From positions 1-34,323 of the IMG/VR virus record IMGVR_UViG_3300038530_000222: a stretch of 34,323 bases of DNA; one strand, written 5' to 3'. Position 1 is the first letter of the stretch. Each line of letters begins with the position of its first letter. Position numbers and translations under genes: made by a program. Source of the stretch: a virus (taxonomy: Duplodnaviria > Caudoviricetes). Positions 1 to 6,501 of the stretch are shown here, in pieces. The notes below the pieces were generated by a model. The model saw only the letters and a list, made by a program, of their open reading frames with translations. It had not been told where the DNA came from and did no database searches.

Positions 1-2
1 AG

Positions 3-296
3 TTCCGTACAGGATATTCTCTAAGCGTATCAGGCACGAACATAGAAAGTGCAGATGTTGATGGGTATATTAACTCTATTCCTACGGCAGAAGCTGAACA
101 AACAATTAATGGAATTAACTTTTCATATACAAGTCCTACTTTGGAAGGTGTGCCTAGATGGAAAATAGTAAACGAAGGTCAGCCTTTCAGTTTAGTCGAA
201 TCAATAATTTCTCCCGGACTAGACACAATAACCACAATCAACAGGGTAATAAACACAACAACTACAACCACCGTAGAAACCACGTTTGGGCAGTAG
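3..296 (+). CDS. 5'-truncated conserved cyanophage-type protein, Thr-rich beta-strand C-terminus (putative envelope/outer-membrane-associated)
   Basis: Not in the ORF track. Frame 3 is open from base 3 to TAG at 294-296 and reads FRTGYSLSVSGTNI...PRWKIVNEGQPFSLVESIISPGLDTITTINRVINTTTTTTVETTFGQ. It resembles, from memory, a family in cyanophage 'OMP' clusters. Confidence 0.75.
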   Translation, partial: FRTGYSLSVSGTNIESADVDGYINSIPTAEAEQTINGINFSYTSPTLEGVPRWKIVNEGQPFSLVESIISPGLDTITTINRVINTTTTTTVETTFGQ

Positions 297-871
297 TTTT
301 ACTTTGTCTATGTCCAACTAAGGTTTTAGCTAATACGACCGTTGCAAGCCCTTCTAGTAACGCACAGGGAACGGTAAATAACAATGCCACCATGATAGCA
401 CCGCAATCTAATCCGCAGTTTAGGATGTCGCAGGGTATTGTTTGTAGTTCACCTAGCCTTACCATTACACCATTTTTAACAGACTCATGGTCATTTAACA
501 GACCTATAGAAACAGAAACAGTACAACCAATTTATGACGAAGACACAGGTGAAATAAAATATTATCAACGTACACCAAGGTTTGAAAAGGATAACTACAA
601 TTTAAACTACGGTATCTCAGCACAATTTAGTATTCCGTTAGGCAAAGCACCTGCACTATGTCATAAGGCAACAGAAATAAATATAAAAAATCAGGAATTA
701 TTGTATAAAAAAACTGAGCTTGAGGTCGCTCTTTTTAGGCTTAAGGTATGTGGTGAACAAGCTAAACTTGGTGTTCAATTTACAGGTAAGTTTGCAACAA
801 TATGCGAAGGCATTGCAGTTACTGTTCCTCCCGGTCAAGTGATCCCTCACTCTCATTCTTTAAAGCCTTAG
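158..871 (+). CDS. Secreted/outer-membrane protein, cyanophage-type; true start uncertain
   Basis: Signal-peptide-like RRNHVWAVVLLCLCPTKVLA, amphipathic strand YGISAQFSIPL, then a Cys-flanked helix. The first ~40 codons overlap the upstream ORF and are low complexity. Confidence 0.7.
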   Translation: MENSKRRSAFQFSRINNFSRTRHNNHNQQGNKHNNYNHRRNHVWAVVLLCLCPTKVLANTTVASPSSNAQGTVNNNATMIAPQSNPQFRMSQGIVCSSPSLTITPFLTDSWSFNRPIETETVQPIYDEDTGEIKYYQRTPRFEKDNYNLNYGISAQFSIPLGKAPALCHKATEINIKNQELLYKKTELEVALFRLKVCGEQAKLGVQFTGKFATICEGIAVTVPPGQVIPHSHSLKP

Positions 872-1472
872 ATTTACTTAGACGTTTACCTAATTGTTTT
901 ATAGCTGATTTCGCTGCCCCTTGTATTAAGGGTACAAGAGCAGCAGAACCACCGGCAACCAAGCCAATAACAGTAGTGCTAATAAGTACTTCGGGAGTTC
1001 CGATAATACTTTCTCTGAATGGTACGTCTTGCCAGATCGGGTCACAAGAGCCATCTATACCTCTTTCATATTTTACCAATCTTTCAATTTTTTTATCATT
1101 TCTGTAATCTCCTTCCCTAAATGGTGCGTTCTCTGGAGGGCAAGGTTTGTATTCTTCTTCTTTTTTTTCATTGTTTGTTGTCTCAGGTTTAGGTGGTTCA
1201 CTAGTTGGCATCTCACTATCGTTAGCAAGATTGGGTATCTCTTCTGTAATTGTTAATTGATCTGGTACATAGTTTAATGGATTAAAACTAGGGTACGGAC
1301 AATTTGTCACAACCCCATTTGGATCTTCTATTATTAAATTTCTATTGCCTGTATTCTTTGTATCTCTGTGATAGTAAGTGCAACCTATAACTTGTACATT
1401 TGAATGCCCATAATCAGGCACATAGGTATATGGAATATAAACATCAGGTATATGTATCTCAGGTATTTCCAA
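819..1472 (-). CDS. Conserved hypothetical membrane-anchored protein (cyanophage-like), TTG start
   Basis: 217 aa; IPEIHIPDV N-terminus, paired Cys, hydrophobic segment VLISTTVIGLVAGGSAALVPLI followed by a basic tail; abuts the upstream ORF. Confidence 0.75.
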   Translation of the reverse strand: MEIPEIHIPDVYIPYTYVPDYGHSNVQVIGCTYYHRDTKNTGNRNLIIEDPNGVVTNCPYPSFNPLNYVPDQLTITEEIPNLANDSEMPTSEPPKPETTNNEKKEEEYKPCPPENAPFREGDYRNDKKIERLVKYERGIDGSCDPIWQDVPFRESIIGTPEVLISTTVIGLVAGGSAALVPLIQGAAKSAIKQLGKRLSKSKALKNESEGSLDREEQ

Positions 1473-1709
1473 TTAAAATTTTAATTCTTTTTGTAATGGT
1501 GGTGTAGGTATGGATGGCCCTGTCATGTCAGGCAATCCTTTATCTAATACGTTAGGCAATAGCCCCTTTACTTCGCCAAGTATAGAGTTCATAATTTTAG
1601 CCTTAAACTGTTCGCTGCTTACATATTTGTATGTAAAAAAACCACCGCCTAGTATTCCCAAAACTAAGACCGTGGTTAAAATTGTTAAAGCATCAAGAAT
1701 TTTTCGCAT
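1473..1709 (-). CDS. Small single-pass membrane protein (cyanophage-like)
   Basis: 78 aa; N-terminal TM (ILTTVLVLGILGGGFF), Pro-rich C-terminus LPDMTGPSIP. Confidence 0.8.
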   Translation of the reverse strand: MRKILDALTILTTVLVLGILGGGFFTYKYVSSEQFKAKIMNSILGEVKGLLPNVLDKGLPDMTGPSIPTPPLQKELKF

Positions 1710-1839
1710 GATTAAGTACCAGATAATACGAGCTTGCTCATTAATGAGTCTAGTCGTTCTGCTTCTTATAGTAGCAATCAGCCCTCTCTACGTCACCATG
1801 TCAATAATGACAAGGCAATTATCAGAAAAAGTAAAATAA
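1708..1839 (+). CDS. 43-aa hydrophobic membrane peptide
   Basis: MIKYQIIRACSLMSLVVLLLIVAISPLYVTMSIMTRQLSEKVK fills the gap between two minus-strand genes. It is the C-terminal part of track ORF 1510..1839. Confidence 0.5.
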   Translation: MIKYQIIRACSLMSLVVLLLIVAISPLYVTMSIMTRQLSEKVK

Positions 1840-1842
1840 AAT

Positions 1843-2061
1843 TTAGCCTAGAAGTGCTGCAATTTGGTCATCTGTAAGACCAAGTTCTTTTAGTTTTGCT
1901 TTACCGGCAGCAGCGTCACTTGCTTTTTTTGTAGCTGCATCATCAGCAGCTTTTCTAAAAGCTACAAAAGATTCTTTTGCTGCTGTTAAACTTGCTTCTT
2001 CTTCAGAGGTCATGTCTCTTTGTGTCCAAGACCCATCTGCATTTAGTGTTGATGTTTTCAT
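1843..2061 (-). CDS. Small tail-fibre assembly/chaperone-like protein
   Basis: 72 aa with RDMTSEE motif and C-terminal AKLKELGLTDDQIAALLG; directly follows a fibre gene. Confidence 0.65.
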   Translation of the reverse strand: MKTSTLNADGSWTQRDMTSEEEASLTAAKESFVAFRKAADDAATKKASDAAAGKAKLKELGLTDDQIAALLG

Positions 2062-2879
2062 TATGAAAAAGTAGCTCCATAAACTAAGTATTTAAAGTTA
2101 GTGTCCGATAAAGAATCACTATTTTGTCCGTAAATTTGTAAGCCTCTATGTGATTCAGCAGTTTGACATTGGTTTGATCCTACATGATGATAAATTGTAG
2201 CTGAACCATTAAAGCAAGTAGCTTGATACATATCACCAGTTCTTTTACTTGAATCGTAAGGTTGAACAAATATAATTTCGTTCATTGACCAAGCTGCATC
2301 TGCTCCATCCCAGTACATATAAACAGCATGAGTATCATTGTAATTAGTATATCTACCATCGTTGTCTGCATTTACTTTTGCATAATATCCCGCCCAACAA
2401 TAATTACTATTTGATTGTATAGAGCCATCCGCTTTTATATAACGACAGTTTATCCAATCATCTTGAGCCCAAGCAATAATTACTTTATAGATTTGGTAAG
2501 TATCGGAAAATATATTATCAAGATTGATTGATGTATTACCCGAAGTCGAAGGTCCATTACCGCCTGCTATTTTTTTCCATAGCCCTGCTTCATCAAAGGA
2601 TAAAGCTGAACCATTAGTTTTTAAAAATTTACCTGCTTGACCAGATTGACTTGGAATAGGATCTGCTATACCTTTTGCTACAAATGCCCAATAACTGCTG
2701 TTAACTGTACCGCTTGTTGATGGTGCTTGATTACTAAAACTAGAACTTGCAACAGCTATATATGTAGATGTAACTCCATTGTCTGTGTATTCAACAAGGT
2801 CATCAGCAGTATATGTATTAGAACTGCTGTATGTTCCTCGCCAAACCTGTTTAATTTTGCCTAAATCAATAGTTGCCAT
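2061..2879 (-). CDS. Tail fibre / receptor-binding protein
   Basis: N-terminal IDLGKIK-W-GTY...Y..DDLV.Y (CBM5/12-like), GKFLKTNGSALSF fibre junction, aromatic-rich beta C-terminal domain ending VYG. Confidence 0.75.
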   Translation of the reverse strand: MATIDLGKIKQVWRGTYSSSNTYTADDLVEYTDNGVTSTYIAVASSSFSNQAPSTSGTVNSSYWAFVAKGIADPIPSQSGQAGKFLKTNGSALSFDEAGLWKKIAGGNGPSTSGNTSINLDNIFSDTYQIYKVIIAWAQDDWINCRYIKADGSIQSNSNYCWAGYYAKVNADNDGRYTNYNDTHAVYMYWDGADAAWSMNEIIFVQPYDSSKRTGDMYQATCFNGSATIYHHVGSNQCQTAESHRGLQIYGQNSDSLSDTNFKYLVYGATFS

Positions 2880-2881
2880 GA

Positions 2882-3202
2882 TTAAATAGTTGCGATTAGT
2901 TTACCATTTGCATTTACAGTAAACGTAAAACCTGTAGCTGCAAAAATAACATCTTCAAACGCATCATAATCTGAACCAGAAATATTGTCCACACCACCGT
3001 TTGTTGTTATAACTTCAAGATGACCAGATGCATTTGTTTTAAAACCATATATCTCAGGAGAAGACGCTGCTTCAAAAGTTGGATCTGCACCATTATTTGC
3101 TCTTAAAAATTTACCGTCATTGTTTGCGTCACCATGAGGTAGTTTTGTTAAATCTATATTTTGATCTTTAACACTATTAGTAGAAATTTTAGTAAGTGCC
3201 AT
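2882..3202 (-). CDS. Tail fibre adaptor/connector protein
   Basis: MALTKI start; NDGKFLRANNGADPTFE motif shared with the 881-aa fibre. Confidence 0.65.
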   Translation of the reverse strand: MALTKISTNSVKDQNIDLTKLPHGDANNDGKFLRANNGADPTFEAASSPEIYGFKTNASGHLEVITTNGGVDNISGSDYDAFEDVIFAATGFTFTVNANGKLIATI

Positions 3203-3417
3203 TAGTCAGGTTCCTCCGCTGTATTAGTTTTAGCCCATTCCAAATATTCTTGGTAGTCGGTGTTATCGTTACATAAAGGTATATCTATGTAATGACCTTC
3301 AATACCTAAGTATTTTGAAATTCCAATTATTTGTGGTTCTATAATTTTTCCGTCAGGATTTTTACCTCCTACACGTTCTTTATAAAATTTGTAAATTGGA
3401 TCAGTAGGAAATGACAT
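3202..3417 (-). CDS. Small tail-fibre assembly/chaperone-like protein
   Basis: IP...NTDYQEYLEW..TNT motif, typical of small genes following marine phage fibres. Confidence 0.7.
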   Translation of the reverse strand: MSFPTDPIYKFYKERVGGKNPDGKIIEPQIIGISKYLGIEGHYIDIPLCNDNTDYQEYLEWAKTNTAEEPD

Positions 3418-3419
3418 AA

Positions 3420-4598
3420 TTAAAGCTCCGCAGAAAAACCAACTCTAGCAGCAGTATTATATGTTCTAAGCATACCTCCATCATTTTGACCCCATGAAGC
3501 ACCGTCATAAAAATATAATTCTGCAACTTGGTTTGATACTCTATTAGCTGCAATATTATTTGGGTAAGCATTATTGTTGCTATATGCAAAGTTAAAATAA
3601 TCAGTACCAACAACTTTATACAATGATGGATTTGTTCTCATTTGAACTGGATAAGTTATTATTACATATCCGTCTGTTGAAGTGTAACCATAGCCATGTC
3701 CTATAGGACAACGATCAGTATTTGATAAAGGAAAAGCACCACTAGCGTGCATATAAAAATACCTTTGACATAAAGCAAGAGTTTGTGCGTAGGATTGTAA
3801 TTCGTGGTCAGTACTATGCGACCCTACTTCTAATTGAACTCCTGTAATTTCAAAAGTTGCATTATCTGTGTCATACCATGATGATGCCATATCTGGAACG
3901 TATGCAGCAGTATTAACAGTATTCCATTGATCTGGTGTCATGCTGCCTGTATAATCTGAACCATAGCCCAATATAATATCCCAGAAAAACCCCATATCAT
4001 TATTACTTTTAGGGTTAAGACCAGAAGCACCGCTAATTGTTTTTGTTATTTTTTGCCATGAAGTAGTAGCAGCTACGGCAAATACATATTCTTTATTAGC
4101 ACTTGCTTCTGTTATACGAAATCTAGAATAAAAAGTTTGTGCAACACTTGATTTAATCCAAAAAGAAACTGTTATTTTACTAGAAGTACTTGTAAAATCC
4201 CAACCGCTAGAATGTATATCTTGTCCTTCAAGTCTTTGACCAAAAGAAAGATAATCAGTTGCACCAAGACCGTTTGTTTGATTACCGTTAGTTATTTTAG
4301 TTGCATATCTAAAACCAGAACTATATGGAGTATCAGAAGATGTTAAAGCAGATTGTGCAACTGTAACTGCTTCATCTAATCCACCTGCACCTATTCTCCA
4401 TCTATCACACGCAGGGTATCCAGAACTGCTTGCTGTAGCTGATACGCCTTTTTGTGCCACAATCATACTACCATTTATAAACAAATTTTTATTGTTTCTG
4501 TTTGTAAGTTTGGCAATACAAGTTCCATCATTAGCAATATCAATAACATCTGTATTGCTTGCTGTGTGCCTAATTTTTTGTACTCGTAAAATTGACAT
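3420..4598 (-). CDS. Tail fibre tip with carbohydrate-binding-like domain
   Basis: NKNLFINGSMIVAQKG...DRW...TVSFWIKS...ITGVQLEVGS...LALCQRYF motif series of phage fibre/CBM-like proteins. Confidence 0.8.
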   Translation of the reverse strand: MSILRVQKIRHTASNTDVIDIANDGTCIAKLTNRNNKNLFINGSMIVAQKGVSATASSSGYPACDRWRIGAGGLDEAVTVAQSALTSSDTPYSSGFRYATKITNGNQTNGLGATDYLSFGQRLEGQDIHSSGWDFTSTSSKITVSFWIKSSVAQTFYSRFRITEASANKEYVFAVAATTSWQKITKTISGASGLNPKSNNDMGFFWDIILGYGSDYTGSMTPDQWNTVNTAAYVPDMASSWYDTDNATFEITGVQLEVGSHSTDHELQSYAQTLALCQRYFYMHASGAFPLSNTDRCPIGHGYGYTSTDGYVIITYPVQMRTNPSLYKVVGTDYFNFAYSNNNAYPNNIAANRVSNQVAELYFYDGASWGQNDGGMLRTYNTAARVGFSAEL

Positions 4599-4600
4599 AA

Positions 4601-4933
4601 TTAACTAGGTTTTGGATACTTGTCTTTAATTGCTTTAATAGACGTTTTCCAAGCATCTATTCCTTCATTATATATTTGATCAAACTGATCTTCAAATTTA
4701 GGATATTCTGCTCTACGTTTTGACTTATATGAATCATTTTCTAAATCCCAAGCTGTTTGTAATGCAGCAAGTCCATCTGTACACTCTTGTTCTGTAGGTT
4801 TAGAACCTTTATCATGCACTATTAAGTTTGCATAAATTTTATTTGAGGAATCACTCCAACCAAACCATTGGCCACCTCTATATCTTATAAGATAATCCTC
4901 TATATGATTTGGTCTGCCTGTTATAAAATCCAT
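4601..4933 (-). CDS. Tail-fibre assembly/chaperone-like protein
   Basis: KPTEQE...YKSKRRAEYP..EDQFD.IY...W...IKAIKDKYPKP motif. Confidence 0.7.
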   Translation of the reverse strand: MDFITGRPNHIEDYLIRYRGGQWFGWSDSSNKIYANLIVHDKGSKPTEQECTDGLAALQTAWDLENDSYKSKRRAEYPKFEDQFDQIYNEGIDAWKTSIKAIKDKYPKPS

Positions 4934-5571
4934 TATGTGTCTCCTAATCTAGTAAAATGGGCAAAAGTTGTATTCAATGAACCATCTCCATAAACATAGG
5001 GATTAGTATTTGACGCACCTACAAAGAATTTTACTTTACAGTTTGATACGTCAGTTACATCAAAAATAAATTCTGTTGCCATAGCCCAATGACGATTTGA
5101 TGCGTCAACACTTTCATAAGTTGATGCAGATTGTGTATAACTACTATTATTAATAGTGGTGTAAATAGAACACGCAACATAATTAAATCCACCTGAATCT
5201 GCATTACCAGTTAGATTTATTCCAACTAAATAAATTCCTGTTGCAGGAAATGTAAATACTCCACTAGATTCTGACATCCCAGTACCAATTTTTGAATATC
5301 CAGTAGTATCATTTCTTTCCCAGTTAGTAGTAATGTATGTATTACTGGAAACTTGAAAAGTGCTTGTAATTCTCCATTGATCTGCCATTGTTATCCCGGC
5401 AGCTATAGCAGGGGATAATTTAGTAGAATCTAAAGAACTTTGATTTGTTAAAAGCGTTCCATCAGCAATATCAGGTAAAGTTATAACTCTATTATTACTA
5501 CATGAAGAGGGTGCTTCTAAAGCAACTGAACCTCCACCTGATGCTGCGTTTAGTTTAATCTTTGCTGTCAT
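4933..5571 (-). CDS. Tail fibre tip protein (C1q/TNF-like beta domain)
   Basis: N-terminal IKL.AASGGGSVAL.AP...ITLPD; GVFTFPATGIYLV is the C1q-like F..P..G.Y motif. Confidence 0.75.
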   Translation of the reverse strand: MTAKIKLNAASGGGSVALEAPSSCSNNRVITLPDIADGTLLTNQSSLDSTKLSPAIAAGITMADQWRITSTFQVSSNTYITTNWERNDTTGYSKIGTGMSESSGVFTFPATGIYLVGINLTGNADSGGFNYVACSIYTTINNSSYTQSASTYESVDASNRHWAMATEFIFDVTDVSNCKVKFFVGASNTNPYVYGDGSLNTTFAHFTRLGDT

Positions 5572-5573
5572 AA

Positions 5574-5888
5574 TTAGTTAGGCTTTGGATTGTCAGTTTT
5601 TACCTTTTCACAGGCAGCATAATATGCTTCTAGTTTAGTCGAATCTCCTTTACTATTCCAGTACATAGCGTCAGCAAAATCTCCTAAAGATGGATATAAA
5701 GGCCGTCTTGTAGATTGATAAGCTATTGCAGCAGCTTCAGCATCTAGTGTTGCTCTGGCAACATCTATCTTGCTTTGATCTAATTCAATCTTTTTATTGT
5801 CTATGTCATAAGCTGCATTTTCATCATCACAAATACGTCTGACTATTCCGGCATATGCTTTGTATATTGCAAAGTGATCTAGGCTCAT
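5574..5888 (-). CDS. Tail-fibre assembly/chaperone-like protein
   Basis: YQSTRRPLYPSLGDFADAMYW...VKTDNPKP; paralogous in motif to 4601..4933. Confidence 0.7.
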   Translation of the reverse strand: MSLDHFAIYKAYAGIVRRICDDENAAYDIDNKKIELDQSKIDVARATLDAEAAAIAYQSTRRPLYPSLGDFADAMYWNSKGDSTKLEAYYAACEKVKTDNPKPN

Positions 5889-6499
5889 GCTTTTATCTCC
5901 GTTAATGTTATAGAAGAAACTGTTCTAGTGTATCCGTTGTTGTTTGCGTCATCATAAGCTCTATTAAGAACAGCAATTTGACTACTATAACTTCTCCACT
6001 TAACTATGTATTGGTTAACTGAATCTGCCGGTGTATCTAAATAATTGATAACAACATTTGCAAGTTCTAAATCCCAGTTACTAATATAACCACCTTTTGT
6101 ACATTGTTCTCTACTACCACCACTTGTTCCTATAGCTCCTGATATTTGTCCATTATTTGTGTGCAGTTGAAATGTACAGCCATAACCATATCTTACTCCA
6201 ACAACTAAATTAGCTTGAACTAAAATTTTATTCCCAGAAGTAAATGAAAATGTAGGGCTTGCTAAACAATTTACATAACTTGAACTGTTGTCTGTAGAAG
6301 TTACACCATTGCTACAATTTTGCACAACTTGAACTACTGATCCATTAGATCTTTTATCTGCTGTTACTTGGTCATTTCCTATTTTTGGAGTTGTTATAGC
6401 GTTTGCTGCAATCATATCAGCATCAACTATTCCGTCAGGCAAGCCACCTACTGCTAAACCTGCGATTGTATTGTTGCTGCCGTCAAAAGATAAAGCCAT
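5885..6499 (-). CDS. Tail fibre tip protein
   Basis: GLAVGGLPDGIVDADMIA..AIT..KI shaft; GSVVQVVQ...NKILV...YLDTP...SSITLTEI head domain. Confidence 0.75.
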   Translation of the reverse strand: MALSFDGSNNTIAGLAVGGLPDGIVDADMIAANAITTPKIGNDQVTADKRSNGSVVQVVQNCSNGVTSTDNSSSYVNCLASPTFSFTSGNKILVQANLVVGVRYGYGCTFQLHTNNGQISGAIGTSGGSREQCTKGGYISNWDLELANVVINYLDTPADSVNQYIVKWRSYSSQIAVLNRAYDDANNNGYTRTVSSITLTEIKA

Positions 6500-6501
6500 A
6501 A

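Noticed and set aside
1766-1799. Possible fifth late box (GGTGACGTAG...TACTAT)
   Set aside because: Several mismatches and the spacing does not match the strict N16 pattern.
3401-3613. 70-aa same-strand alternative-frame ORF
   Set aside because: No RBS, no composition shift, sequence typical of a +1 shadow.
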